From Leucoraja ocellata (taxonomy: Eukaryota), in NCBI GenBank assembly GCA_036785375.1, contig JAWMAR010000060.1, forward strand, positions 4,960,001-5,024,000: 64,000 nt of DNA, in the 5' to 3' direction. Position numbers and translations under genes: made by a program. Below are positions 24,201 through 39,103 of the stretch, piece by piece (positions within the stretch are counted from its first letter, which is position 1; each line of letters opens with the position of its first letter). Below the pieces are notes generated by a model, which was not told the DNA's origin, ran no database searches, and was given only the letters and a program-made list of their open reading frames with translations.

Positions 24201-26544
24201 ACACGTTACCTTAATCTGATATTACCACACTGATGGTGAAGCAAATGTGGCCAATGTGATTTTAGATCAACCATGGAGAAGCTTGATTATTATTATTTTT
24301 TGTTATGAAAACACTGTGCAACGTACACAGAATAGAATATTCAACGTCCTTCCATTAAGCGACGTGATTCATTATGATTTCAACAATTCATACATAGTGA
24401 GGAAAAACCTAGTAACCTAATTTCAAGGACACAACAATTCACAAACTAGCTGACAAGGATTTTTTAAAAATGGACGATGAACCTTTCATCAGAGCTTGTT
24501 ATATAATGAATAAAATATCAGAATAGGTAAATGCAGGTTAGTGGCCATGTGTTATCATGTTCATTTTATTAATGGCCTTTTCAACCAGATATATTGGCGT
24601 CGAAATAAATATGATAAACATACATTGTTTTTGTTTGCTCCTATTCGGACAGAGAGCGGCCATTGACAGGATTTTAATATTCAATTGTTCATGTTTTAAG
24701 GAACAACACATACATGTGATCCGCACACTATTTTACAAAATAACTTGGTTTATATTTACCATATGGAGAGCAAAACATTCCTGGAAATGGAGTATGCTGC
24801 GAAACAAGCAGAAAAGGGGAAACTACTCGTGTTCTGGCACAATCTGACACCCGTAAGCTTTTCCACTGACCTTTGCCTTGAACAGCAATAACTCACCACA
24901 TTAATGAACAATCAAAGGAAGCATTTGAAATACCTCAAAATAAAATCCATTCCGCTAAATGCAGCATCTCTCCCTGCTCGCATATATTCCTTCATGTGAA
25001 ATCCGGCGTTCAGAGTGCAATCTCTTTAGAAGAAAAAAGCTGGCTCTTAACAGAAAGTGGAAAAGCGTAATCACAGCCGAAGCCAGCCTGGGTCTCCGAT
25101 CCAAATGCCACAATAATGCGCTGTATTATGTGCTCACGTGGTCATACGTCAACTTAAATCCTTTTATTTGAATTTGGAGATAATTAAAGGAATGCCCTTT
25201 TCAGGCAAAGCCTAACTTTTTACCCAACAAATCCTAACAAGTTTCTTAAGATCAGTTTTGTTGGTATTGCAGAAGGTTGTTCCGTGACGATTCTTTGCAG
25301 GAAATCCTCGATAAGGTAAGTTGGGTCGTCTGTGTCTCATGGTGTGAAAGACCTCCATCCGGAGCCTGTAGGCTGAACTACTTGGAGCAGAAGAATATCA
25401 GTTTATAATGAATTAAAACTAAGGCCTGGAGTTTAAATCGATCTATGAGAAGCGAGCACTCCACATTTTCGACCAAAACAAGCAGGGAAGCCCCAGAGCG
25501 GTTAAGCTTCTATGCGACTCTTCCTTTTCAGGGCGTGCTTTTTAGAGCGCTATTGTATTGGACTTGCTTAACACCCACACGTTACACCAAGCTACTTATG
25601 GGAACTAGAAAAGGTTTGTATTTACCTGACAAAGACAAAGCAGTCACGGAAAGCTAAGGTGATGTTAGTCAGTGCAGCACAGGGTGAGGGGTGGACTTGA
25701 CAAGGATGTGATGGTACTGATTTTTCCACCATTTGTATCGTAAACCGTGCCCGTGGGGACCCTAATGCAAAATGTATGTTTAGATGCTTTAGGGCAATTG
25801 GATAACTCACATACATTTCTTGGCGTAAAAATAGTACAAATACTTTCAAGGCGAAACTTGTTTATTATTCACTGGGAACCTCTGAGGATGATTGAGCAAC
25901 TGCATTAAATTGATAGAATTGAAACTCGGGAGTAAAGGTTTATTCTTTAAGCTATTCATTGGTACACCATTCACTGAAAGTTTAGGAGCATAACTTATCT
26001 AAGGAAATATATTAGTACGCCTATCATTTTCCTGCGAGTGGAATTGTTAAAATACCTTTAATGCAAGAATTCGTAATTAATATATTTCTATTCTACGCAA
26101 GTAAATTAATTAATTTAAAATTGTTTGTAAAACGCTGCTTCCCTTTGTAAATGATATCCTGCACAAATAACCTTTATTATGTTGTTTATACTTTCTTAAC
26201 ATCCTTCCACTCCTACTATCTTGCTATTTCTTATTTCGAAAACACATTATTTAAATATACATTCTAATTTAATCCACACCGTGGATACTCTTAAAGGTCT
26301 ATTCTCGTCAGTGGATATTGTCTAAGGCCAAGATGGCTCTGAATGACACACTCTGAACTTTTTTTGGAAAAACTCGCATATAATTTAAGTTTTCTGGTGA
26401 ACGGATAAGAAAACCCGGTGATAGATTGATTAAAATTATGATCGTTATAGTTTTTTAAATGAAGTGCGTTGACTAATCTATTTTACTTTTAAACTCAGTA
26501 AACTTTTCAATGATTGCATATTCTCAAGATTCATAGTTCCAACC

Positions 26545-27108
26545 NNNNNNNNNNNNNNNNNNNNNNNNNNNNNNNNNNNNNNNNNNNNNNNNNNNNNNNN
26601 NNNNNNNNNNNNNNNNNNNNNNNNNNNNNNNNNNNNNNNNNNNNNNNNNNNNNNNNNNNNNNNNNNNNNNNNNNNNNNNNNNNNNNNNNNNNNNNNNNNN
26701 NNNNNNNNNNNNNNNNNNNNNNNNNNNNNNNNNNNNNNNNNNNNNNNNNNNNNNNNNNNNNNNNNNNNNNNNNNNNNNNNNNNNNNNNNNNNNNNNNNNN
26801 NNNNNNNNNNNNNNNNNNNNNNNNNNNNNNNNNNNNNNNNNNNNNNNNNNNNNNNNNNNNNNNNNNNNNNNNNNNNNNNNNNNNNNNNNNNNNNNNNNNN
26901 NNNNNNNNNNNNNNNNNNNNNNNNNNNNNNNNNNNNNNNNNNNNNNNNNNNNNNNNNNNNNNNNNNNNNNNNNNNNNNNNNNNNNNNNNNNNNNNNNNNN
27001 NNNNNNNNNNNNNNNNNNNNNNNNNNNNNNNNNNNNNNNNNNNNNNNNNNNNNNNNNNNNNNNNNNNNNNNNNNNNNNNNNNNNNNNNNNNNNNNNNNNN
27101 NNNNNNNN
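26545..27108. other. Assembly gap (564 N)
   Basis: Run of n. Confidence 1.
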
Positions 27109-30100
27109 GTATCTTTGGAGAAGGAAACTTCTGATATTTGGACATGGACATGGTCGCATATTCGCCCCCGGAAAAGTTAAAGCAATGCACTGGACAGAAG
27201 GAACCATCCAAGCACTGACTCCCCTTAAAGCCCAAGGCATTTTGTCAGATTTTCCTTTCCAGAGTCAGATTGGTTATCCATTTTAGGATTGTCCGAAACG
27301 ACTTCTAAAAATATATAATTCGGCCATAAATATTCGAGAACGTAACTTTTATCAACACTGGCATTATAAAGAAAGGAGAATGCGAATAAAGGGGCCTTCG
27401 GGCTTGACGATAAGCAATGACTTCCCTTTCCTTAGGTCAAGTTTTGAGCCATCAATTACTAACTAGACTGGAATTTATCCTCTGTGCAGATAGACAGAGC
27501 TACAAAGAAGTCGTATAGCTTACCTGACAATTCAGCCAAATCAAATCCAGCCTCAAAGGACAGATAAAGACTGCTGTGAAATTGATAATGTGCTTTACAG
27601 GGGGAAAGTTTCAACTGTAGATTCTACATTTTCCAAATTATCCGGCTGTTTTCAATATATTGCTGTGTATTTGCTCCAGGCACATTTCCTTTCTGCAGAC
27701 CTCTCTCAAACCAGAAAGGCAAGAGAATGAAGTTACTCCACAAATACTGATTCGGTGCCCTCAAACTGCTGAACTGTTTCCCTTATACGTTTCTGCAGCC
27801 GTCTGGGGTACTCGTTTTCTGTGAGATCTATGTATTAGAGAAGGCGAGAAAAAAACGACCAGCAAACAAGCAGGGCCAAGCCGACAGGAAAAAAACCTAT
27901 GGAATCCGTTCACGTGACTTAAAAATAATTGTTTGCAGAATCTGGATTAAATCTGATTATTAACCGCATACAATAAAGTTTTTGTGGCTCATTGTTAGGT
28001 TAGCATGCTTGCAAACTGGCATTACATTCCGAAACAGTTGATTTAGAAACAGCTGCACCAGTCTTGAGGAGAGCTCAGTCCCAATGTATTAGCAAGGTAA
28101 GGCCGAAGCCGTGCAACATACAGAGTGAATAGGGTTTGCACTTTAAACACCAAACACCGCCACACGTTTATGGAAGATAGGTTAAGTTTTTGTTTAAAAA
28201 GACAACCATTTAGACATTAATAACTAACATATGTAAAACTTCACAGAAAATAATTTATTGCAGTGAAATCGCATAAATAGGTTTTCCGTTCACTTCGCCC
28301 AAGAGCGAATAAAATAAATTATTTTGGACGAAAATATTAGACCTCACAACAGTAAATTAACAGGGATTCCACGAACATTTTCCAGACGTTTATCTTCATA
28401 ACATTGCGTGATGGTTGAATAATTTATAAAAAGCCAATAAACGAGGTCCAAATAAAACATCAATGTTTGGTTATATTTAATTGATGTAAACTTTGAAAGG
28501 AAGTATTCTAAAAATAAGGAGCTAAGGATCAGTAAAATCTTAGCTGCTTTCAGTTTACGAGTGGCATATAAGAAACTAATTTCTGCATGCGGGTGCAATT
28601 GACAAACCCATCACAACAAAGCATTAAGGCCGAGTAATTTATTGCACTCCTCATTCCACGCCATAAAACTACTCCAGTTATCAAACGACAGTTTAAACTA
28701 ACCAGAACATTTGTGCTTTCGTATCACTTGTAAACAAGCTGGCAATACTATTTACTCGATTTACTGCGGACGCAATATTGCCAATAACGCGATAGCTTTG
28801 AAGGAGTAAGCGGACAGACTGAAGACGCCTTTGCCGTTCTTTCCCAAATCAAATCCTTTCTTGTGGCTTCTTCTTACTGGCAGCCTCTTTTTAAAACAAG
28901 AACTTAAGCGTGATTTCCCATGTTACGTGCTGCTGAACATTTTATACTATTTATTGGATTTTCAATGTTCTATCTCGAGATGGCCGACAATGAATATTTC
29001 TCTTTAAACTTTGTTTTCTTTTGCCCGTGATAAAACTGCAAATCAAATCGGAAATGCAGCGAATGGAGATATTTACATGAAATAGAGAGATGAGGGAAAC
29101 GGAAATAGGCGGTGGTTTTTTGATTTCCTTGTGAGTCGGGTAATAATTAAACAAAGAAACATGGTAGTGTTTTCAAACCCTTTCACTCTATTTTGTTGAT
29201 TATAGCTGGGGAATCGCGTGTTAGCTTCAATAAATTACTACGTGGGATAAAACTTGCCTGCTAACTTTATAAACATAGACAGTAGGGAGGTTTACATTGG
29301 AGTAACATTGGCACCATATACAAATAAAGAGGTAGGTGCACAAAGCACTCTCATTTTATGAATCTTCTCGACAACAAATTAGCATTTAAAGGAACATAAC
29401 TCCCTTGCTCAATTGTAGTGAGAGTACCCTTCCCTACCAATGAATATGATGGACGCATAAGCGATATTTAATAATACTTAAAAGTTGTTTTCCTCGAAAT
29501 AACCAGAGTTATTGTGGTCTTGATTTTACTCTCGATTTTTAAAAATAAATCAAGTTCTATGTTTGTGGCTCTTGTGAATTCTTTGAGGTTGCTGTGAACG
29601 CCAAACAAAGGAAGTACCCAAGGCTTTTGTTCCCTCAACTAACCACCAAACTGACACTCTCAAATGGCTCCATGACTACCTTTTGCGACTGGGTAATACA
29701 TTTTAACATGGATGGAATCAGCTCTGTGGAGAGCACACAACCTCTCATCTTATAACGGAGTTGGAAAAATAAATGACATTTTCATTTAGTGTCCACTGAT
29801 TCCGATGAACTGTAGCACCAAACCACCTGTTACACTAAAACAAAATGAGTCTACCTGAAAGTAGACATGAAATTTCAAATACAATTAATTCTTTTTTTTT
29901 AACCTCTTAACTTCGAGCTCTAGACTTTCTCAATGCTCATTGGGGTTATTCTGAAGTTGCTTCTTGGATCGAGAGATAAAGATCTGAAAGAAGCATTTAT
30001 TGTTAAATTATACTATCGTGCATTAGTTGCCACATAGTAACTCATAATGTCGTCGCGCTGTTCTAATTTTAGGAGGTGGATCCAATTACAAAAGTGTTTT

Positions 30101-32563
30101 ATTGGAATGCCAGCCCGGAAGTTCAAGCATTGTACCAGCCGGTGTACTGTTGCAATTGTCTTGTTTTGATTGATCATAACGAATAGTAGTAATAATAAAA
30201 TGTACTTGACTGGAGCGATAAGACATTTAATTAAGTGCTATGTACTTTTACTAATTATCTTTTATTGTAAATATTAGGAGCAGTACTTAATTATGAGCAT
30301 AAGCAAATGCTCGTTTTATGAATGTTCTTTCGCCAGGTAACAACATAAGCACTAGAAAAATGGTGAAAATAAGTTATTTTTTTTCGCGATAACAATTACG
30401 TCCATATGAGTTCTGAGTTTATTCCAATACAGGTGGAACTCAATGAATAAAATATTTGAGCAATATGTAGGACTGAAAATATATCGACAAATATAATGAA
30501 GACAGGTGTTTCTGTGTAACTCTTTAGTCTTATGTGTATTGTCCGGTTCATAGTTACTAGATACAAATCAAGTATAGTCAAAATAAGTGCTGCAGTTTGT
30601 TTAGAATTACATATGTTAGTGCATTTACATGAGTACCATAACTCTGTCGTTTATTGTAAATCGCTCAAATTAATGAATCATAGAGGAATTTAGCTGATGC
30701 CTCTTCATTTCCAAACGCTCCTGCCTACAGTTGCCTTTCAGCCCTGCGCATGTAAGAGATGGTGATTTATTAACGACAGGGAAATTGAACAAAGCAGCAC
30801 AGCTACACCGTGGTATCCAGGCATACATACTGTGAACTAGAACATCATCATATGTGTTTGTATTTGTTGCAATTAATCATGAAAAAATCTAAAATATTAC
30901 TGACACGCGAGAGACTGACTAAACACCATCACAGACATGCCGTGATTTAAATCTGAATACTAAAGGGCGCTATTCATCACATTTATGACAGTTTAAAGAA
31001 ATAAAAAAATCTTAAAACATAAGCAAAATAAAAAACAAATCACAAAGACACTACTTACCACAATTCTGAGCTGATCTGTGCCACTTCACTTTCTCAGACA
31101 GATCTTCCAATTATAGACTTATTTTTTAAGGAAAGTTCATTTTCACATCAGACTGAAACAGATCTAGTGCGAATACTGACGACTACATATCTATTCCGGA
31201 CCGGCTGCATTAATTATTTAATGAGTCACGTGACAAGAGAGATTAAAATTTCAATACATACACGGAGGAGACGCGTGACCCTTTATCTTGGAGTGTGGTG
31301 TTTTTTTTTCTCTTTGCGTCCTTCTTACTTGAATCTTTATTGTTCGGGTTTTCTTTTAGTCTTTGGATACTCGCTGGTAAGTGATAATGCAAAAATGACT
31401 GGCCTGTGCTGATCCCAGATTTGACAGGTCCGCCATTGATGTCACCTACATTTTGAGCTGCCTCGGTCCAACATTCTTGGGCATTTCTTCAAACTGTCTT
31501 TATTGTCCACCTGACAGTTTGATATTGAAGCTCAGTGTTACAGTACCCCGCATACATAACCGTCACACGGAAGGCTAACTCTTTCATATGTGACTTTACA
31601 CCCCCCATAAGGCTGTTAAATTTGACACCGAATCGACCCTCACTAGCCGCAGTCGATATTTTATTATACCACCCAAATGTGTATTAGGTTTTATATTGTG
31701 TCTGTAGGTCTACAAACGCCTAGCATTATCATAGTGCATAAGACTAGTTATTTTAAGTGTGACAGGGAACATTATGCTGTTAAAAATAGTCGATGATCCC
31801 AATAAAATTAACGATTTGTGGCAATTCTGCTTCCTATATCAGTTTAGCTTTAATCAAATCATATTATTGTCAAATGTTGTGCATTTGGCGATTATGCACT
31901 TCCACATATTTCGAATGAAGAAATGTTTTGGAATAATTTTAATCAATTACCAACAACTCTCTAAAATGTCAGCTGCAAAAATGTGTGCAAATATGGTATC
32001 AAGAAAGTAAGAAAGTTAGCAGAAAAACATGTTTCAGTTATTCTCTTCAATAATCAGAACAATGCAGTGCCCCGTGGGTGAATTATCTCTCATTACTCGT
32101 GAAGGATGGAATCCACCCTCTTAAGTCATTAACTACAAAAATGTTCCACACTAAACCATTCAAAACAAGCATAGTTTCTCATCACGTGCAATCTTCCGAG
32201 CTTGTACATAAATCATGGACGATTTTTCTTTACGCAAGCACACATTGCACATCTAAAAAAGTTAAGACATATGCAGTTTATCGATGTGCGTGTGTATGTA
32301 TGTGAGTGCATATGTGGCTGTGAGAGAATGTGCAGGAGTACGGCCGGTTGTGTGTAATATTCAATATCGCTGCACACCTAAATGTAGTTTTAATACATAT
32401 TGCTTACATTTTTGACATTTTAACTTGGATAACGAGCTGTATTATTTTGGCTCCTACCTATAGGCATAGGAAATAGTGGAAAGAGCATTGTCCATCTCTT
32501 AAAGGTCAAGGGTTTGAGGGGGTCAGTCTGCAACGCTAAAAACGGCTAATCGGTCAGAAAAGT

Positions 32564-32580
32564 TGTCCTCTGGGTGAACT
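32564..32580 (-). promoter_or_regulatory. DR5 RARE 3' of HoxA4
   Basis: AGTTCA-cccag-AGGACA; same type and position as the paralog-group-4 3' neural enhancer RAREs. Confidence 0.8.
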
Positions 32581-32854
32581 CACTCTGGTTGCCCAGCCGT
32601 TGACAAACAATGCAACGTTTTATTACAAAAGACCGTTCCTTGTACAATAAAGCAAAAACATCAAAAGAAAAAGATGCAAACGGGGTTTCGTGTGCTCGTT
32701 GCAACAAAAGTTTGGTCATGTAAAGGACAGGGTATTATCAACTTACGCTATCCAAAACTATTTTTACGTTGAAAATTATTGCTCGCCTTTGAAAACATGC
32801 GTTTTATAATATCCTCTTGTAATAAACGTTGCCCAGCTAAAGCACAACTGCGGT

Positions 32855-32875
32855 GGGGGGGGGGGGGGGGGGGGG
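32855..32875 (+). repeat. Poly-G (21 nt)
   Basis: Read directly. Confidence 0.9.
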
Positions 32876-35091
32876 ATTCATGGTGTGTGCCGAGATGGCC
32901 ACATTTTATTCAAGAGATCCAATGTGTTCATACACTCTTCTAAAAGATCACCCTTCAGACTTGCTGTTGAAGTATACAAAGAAGTATTTATTGAATGAAG
33001 TGATTAATGATTCTGGGTAAAATCTGTTATTTTCAATCTGTTTAAAATTCCTTTTTACAGATAAGCAAGCACAGTTGTCTAAAGACTGAAGTTTCTCATC
33101 GCCTTTTCTGTGCCTTTTTATATTCGTTTGTCGTGGTCGTAAACCTCATACAAGCCATATTTTATAACGTGTATGTTTAATGTAAACGTTGTTTATTTGT
33201 AATTCCTTAAACGCAAAGTATCTTCACAGATTACGGTTATATGTACAGGTTTAAAAAGAAAGTGAAGTGTCGAGTCGAGTTTATTTTTTTTCTTCGCAAA
33301 GGTTCTGATTACTTGCAGGAAATATTTGCATAACTACAGAGTATTTCAGTTTCTAGACAAAATAATTTTGGGAAGAAATTACTGCATCATGCTTAATTAC
33401 ATTTCCCTCACCACTCATGGGGTGGATTGAGTATATTGAGATCATTATTTCTTATTATCTGCAGAATTTGCAGAGAAAAATAAAAGCAAGGAATTAATCT
33501 TTCCAGCGTGAATTTTAAACAATTGCTACTCAAAGCCATGTATCAAAATCGACATCAGGATGTTGAAGAATGCATCATTTGTTTCACAAAAATACTGCGG
33601 TTAGCCTGCTTTTCAGGAGCCATGATATCTGTGGGTTTCTTTCAAGCAGATAATATAATGGGACAGATTAGATTATCATAACGTTAGAAATCGTCAACTA
33701 GGACTTTATATTTACATAATTGTTGCTTAATTATTTAGCCCCTTTCAACAAGATGAACAAAATTGTGTCCCAGCAAATATTCGCGTATTTACCCTGGCAA
33801 TTTAAGTTTCCCGGTCCCAGAGAATGAGTGTTGCTGTAAGCATTGATATCGCATTTTAAACGTAACATGTCTCAGGCCCATGGATGCAAAGTCCATCTAA
33901 AACTAATTTCACGTGATTACAGTCTCATTCAGGATCAGAAATACAACAATTAGGGTTATAAAAGGACATTCGCCACCGTGTAGATGACTTATTATTTGAT
34001 CGCTTCACATTTTACTGCATTATTTACGACCTAGTGACGTAGAACTTGATGTGCAGAGGCTGTAGAAAGATGAATTATAGATCTGGACTATAATTTATCC
34101 CCTTTCGCTGAGTTATTCTTCCGAATCACACCCTGTTTTTCCTTTTTTTTTTAATCCGCATTGCTAGGGTAGGAATGTGACCATTTTTTTTGTTAATCAA
34201 TGAAATGTATGGTCATGTTTTAGTGTAGAAGGAAATGTTAGTTTTGGTGTGTTTATTCCATCCTGACTGCAAGTAAATTGCACACGTAAGAACTGAGATG
34301 GTCCACGAATTAACATTTTATTTAAAGCCTTGGGCTTTGTTTTTACACAGTAAATGGTGTCTTCAATTTTAGCAACATTTTGGCACTGCACATAGCACAC
34401 TGAAATATCCACAGAAAATACATAAATCTTACCAATGATTTGTACAGTTTCGTCACATTTGGACTGTACCAAAACTGTTAAATATACAACAACTCGTCTG
34501 AAATCTCTGAATAAGCTCTTTTCACATTCGTACACTGATATCAGTACCACAACTATATAGAGGATACAGATTTAAAATAAAGAAAACACCTTAAATAACG
34601 CTGGCGACATAATTTATTTCCTATATATGTAGCATCTGAACAGTTTATTCGCTCTAAAAAAACATTTCCACATCCACAAATATTGCTGCCTTTCTCATTT
34701 TCTACAAACATGTTTATCCTTATATTCTCACAAATATTTCAACAGACTACACTAGTTGAAATGATGACGCTTACAGTTCTTCACAATATCTATTATTCAC
34801 GGTCCTTTGCTCTTTTTTGCATTGAATATCATGGTAGAAGCCATTTTGACAGAACTTCGCATGTGGGGGTAATGAAGGATACTGAATGTACCCAATCAAA
34901 CAGAAAACATTTTAAAAGTCTGCTGAGAATGGGTTAACACAATATAAATGCTTGACCTCATGAGGTTAGTAGCATATCTCATGGAAGAAAATTTTCCTTG
35001 CAAGAAATCCTTCCCCATTCAAGTCAATTATGTGGCAAACACATTTTGGTCCAAACTATGTTGTGGGAGAGGGGTTGGAGACGCGAAGCAG

Positions 35092-35417
35092 CTATAGGCT
35101 TGATGAATTTGGTGCTGAACCATCTGGCTGTGGGCCCTGGGAGGATACTTGTGTTTGCTGGCTTGCAGAAGATGATGAGCTAGCAGAACGCATCTTAGTG
35201 TTAGGCAGTTTGTGATCTTTCTTCCATTTCATCCTTCTGTTCTGAAACCAGATCTTCACCTGGCGTTCAGACAGGCAAAGAGTGTGTGCAATCTCAATGC
35301 GTCGACGCCTGGTTAGGTAACGGTTAAAATGGAACTCCTTCTCCAGCTCTAATACTTGTTGTCTCGTGTAAGCAGTTCGAGACCGTTTGGGCTCTCCTCC
35401 AGTGTAATTGGGGTTCA
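35092..35417 (-). CDS. HOXA4: Homeobox protein Hox-A4, coding exon 2
   Basis: Acceptor ttcag|[79 protein letters not shown]. Joined CDS 744 nt = 247 aa. Confidence 0.97.
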
Positions 35418-35619
35418 CTGAACAAAAAAAAGTAACCAAACATAAATACAGAGACAAGCACGAATCTGACAATGGGTTTAAATGTACGTGAAGGAAGGTT
35501 ATAAAAGTCAGAGTTTTTTGTCAAGTGTTCTGACAACGGAGAACAATCTACTGCAATAAAATGGCTCTGGGTATTTAGGTTAGAAAAGCATCAAAGACAC
35601 ATGGCCAGAAGCGGGATCC

Positions 35620-35685
35620 AGGGCAATCAAATTTATGGGCTCTGTAATTACCGACCTAACTGTTAGGTGATCGTAAATCTCATGA
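35620..35685. promoter_or_regulatory. HB1-type homeodomain site cluster in the HoxA4 intron
   Basis: aatttatggg, gtaattac and atcgtaaa within 50 nt; a known conserved element of PG4 introns. Confidence 0.7.
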
Positions 35686-35764
35686 AAGGGCTAGTTACAG
35701 AAAGGGTTCCGCACATCCGATTTCAAGTGAATTTTAATTGTTTCAGTTAGCTTTAGTTACTTAC

Positions 35765-36182
35765 CGTTGGTAACGTGAATTTTCTTCATCCACGGATAAA
35801 CTATGGGCTCTTTGCTGAGAGTACCCTTCTGTACAGTGGCATTTTTCGCGTTTTGGCTACACAAAGCTGGTGTGGCTACTGGGACCACTTCACAAAGCTG
35901 ATTCTGTCTCGGTATGTGATTTTGGACGCTAGCCTGCGACTGGATATGACCTCTTTGCGACATGTCTTGGTTGCCAGTGCCTTGGACATTGTTGAAGCTG
36001 TAGGTCGGCTCTGGGTAGTTTGATTGTGGGTATAGTGCCTCATGATGGAATCCAGTGTCCCGCGGCCGCTCGTAGTATTCAGGAGATTGGCTTGGTATGT
36101 AGTTATTTTGAGAATATTCCTCACAAGGTGGAAATTTTGGCTCAACGTAGTTGGAGTTTATCAAAAACGAACTCATGGTCAT
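35765..36182 (-). CDS. HOXA4: Homeobox protein Hox-A4, coding exon 1
   Basis: MTMSSFLINSNYVEPKFPPCEEYSQ start, EPIVYPWMKKIHV hexapeptide, donor AACG|GTAAG, phase 1. Confidence 0.97.
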
Positions 36183-39086
36183 TAATTTCTGAAGTGCAAA
36201 ATACTAATTTTTCTCGCGTTGTCGTTTTTCTGTTCCATAAAACCCTCCTACTTGCTGTCAAGTGTATAAAGTTAGCTGTTCATGTGATGTCGGCAGCCAA
36301 TGGGAAGAGTGGCTGTGGGTCCCGGATAAGGAAATACACCAATGATAAATGCATGGAGTCCAGTGAAAAAATCCATATTATCATTCAAAATCTCGTTTCC
36401 CTGAAATTACATTGCCGCATAAAAAGAAAAAAAGAACTGAAATAGTCAGGAAAAGAAGTACTTGTAAAATAACTTAAAATAAACAATGATGTTGCGATAT
36501 TTTATCGAAACAGATATTTGTAAAATATGTTGTGACGCGGAAAATATCACAAGATAACATCTACAGCGGTCTGATAATGTCTGGAATAGTTCATTCTTTT
36601 CCGAAAATGCGGCGATATAAACAATTTTCGCCCATTTATCGGCGGGACATTAAGGGGATTTGAGAATCAATAATGCCATTAAAGGCATTCTGAGATTCAG
36701 TCCTTGAAAGAAGAATTCCCATAAAATCCTGAAAATAGTATACTTATTATAATAACACATGAGGCTTTTCGAGTATCATAATGCAGAACCTATTGTAAAA
36801 TTACATTAACTAAATGTTCGATAACCCTAGCGAACGTCGGAAGATGTTGTTATGTTTACTTAATGCATATTACAAAACGTTATGTAATCAATTGGTATTC
36901 CTACATGGCTTAATAAAATTTGTTAAAACAAACTGTCAGTTTAATGTTCGATTGTTTTTTAAAGAAAAATGATTTAATTGTGTTGCGTGGAATAAAAATG
37001 ACATGAAACGAACATTGTTATTGGAAATGCCCAGTAAACGTGGATAGTGATTGCATTACTTTTATATATATTTAAAAAAAGGGAATGCATTCAGCACAAC
37101 TGTTCAGTAAAGCAATGAATTTGAATGAATCTTTATTGCAGGGAATTTAGTAAACTTTGTCAATTTTGAACATTTGAATTTTGAAATAAAGTTGCTTTTT
37201 TTTAATCACCCTGTTTAGCTAATAGCTAAAAAAACTGAATACCAGGTGATTCTATCATTTCATGTCACCTCTGCATGAAAACAAAATGCAAACAAAATGC
37301 TATTTTAATATTTGTTACCTGTTATAGAATTGGATTAAAACACCAGTAATATTTGATAACACTTTCTAATGTTTACTTCCTTTTTTTTAAAGGCAGTAAT
37401 AACTTGCGCAAAATTGTACGAACTAATTAACTTTTTGGATTGGTTAACCTGATTAAAATCCTACCATGCTTATATTCGAATTCAGTTCTATCCCAAATAA
37501 ACACAATAAGTAGTTGCCATAACAGAAAAGTGCCAAGTTGGTGCATTGCGCGTTACAGTTCCAAAGTAATCATATGAAATATGCTTTCTGGACTGTAATA
37601 AAAGTGATTCATAACATTCGTTCTTGTCAATAAAAGAAGCGTTAAACTCTCAATTTTATGTGTTGGACGATACACTGCATCCAGACACATTAGGGCACAT
37701 TTGATGAGAGAGAATATTTCCCAACCACTGGAACACGTAGTTAGTAGAGTACATTTACCAACCCACCCTGTTTTGCAGCGCAGTGTAATCGTCCATTAGA
37801 ACGCGTTCAATTAAACACCAAGCTGTAAAATCAATTGACTCTCGATGTAATTAATACATGCTTATTTTCACTGCTCACTATTCAAAGAAGCTATGTGTGG
37901 GACAATTTAAATAGGATCATTAATATTTTGGGCGATTTTATTTTACATACCACTAGAATAACTTAATTAAATGTGTTTATTTAAACAGTGTATAATATTG
38001 TTTGAACATTTTACGAAATAAATTTGTCGAAATTATTTTCATAAAATCTTAGATTCTGCCAAACAAACCCTTTATTCTGACAAACTTCCTAAAATAATTG
38101 TGCCCACCCCTCACCTTCTCTTAGGCAGACTTAGGGTGCATCGCTGTGCACCGACCAAGTAACTTGCCAGTAAATAAAGCAGTCCTGTAATTAGCTTGGG
38201 CCATGTCTATATTTACGCTCTTTGTCGAAAAATAGGGAATTAGAGGCTCATCGTATAAACACAGAACGTTTCTGAAGACGTCCAAATGCAGGTCAGTCGC
38301 CAGAGCATTTTTTCATAATAAACAGAGATGGAGCCAAGACCCCCAAGTGTTACATCGCCTGCTTGCACGTTTGACATTTTTACTGCAAGCCTAGATTTAC
38401 AGCCATTTTAAAAAGAAAGGAAAAGTTAACGCTTTTTACGACATTTCCAAATCATGGGCATTTTAAGAACTTGCATCAAATTTTAATTTTATAAAGAGTC
38501 GTGGTGAAGAAATCCGTTTCACATTAAAGAGAATCCAAGTTCTGAGGTACTGAATTGAAGATTTGTTTCGCGGTTTAATAAATCAGAAATTACACTTTAC
38601 CAGCCTTAACTCTTCCGAACAGCAAATCAGTAGTTTAGTTGATTAAGGGTGTAATTTTTTCTTCATTGACCGTCCGAATCCATCTGCACTGCTCGGGGTT
38701 TATCAAATAGATTGTACCATGCCAAAATGTACTTGTTTCCCATCTCTATCTGGGACATATGGTCAAAACAGCCGGAGTCCGAGTCAAAAACAAAATAAAA
38801 CAAATAAAATTGTACATTTCGAAGATACATCTTCGAGCAAGCTTGCACCGCATCCCACAGAGCTGCACAACTGTGCATTTATTGGACTTCGACCCGGGAA
38901 ACAAAACAAAAGGTTTTATTCAATGAAATGGGATTTCGTAAGGGGTACGCGAAGCTAAGTTTGGAAGTGACCGAAAAGTGACACCGTGTGCATTTTGTTT
39001 CTTATTAATCTTATACATTGACAGTCTTTGTTAAGTAACAAGGCGTGCCATTCGTGAGGCGACATTTTCATATTTGTTAGACGCGG

Positions 39087-39103
39087 TGACCTGAATTTCA
39101 CCT
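39087..39103 (-). promoter_or_regulatory. DR5 RARE 5' of HoxA4
   Basis: AGGTGA-aattc-AGGTCA, 2.9 kb upstream of the HoxA4 ATG; matches the type and position of the known Hoxa4 5' RARE. Confidence 0.85.

Noticed and set aside
26514-27240. Long ORFs of 206-238 aa
   Set aside because: Artefacts of the N gap.
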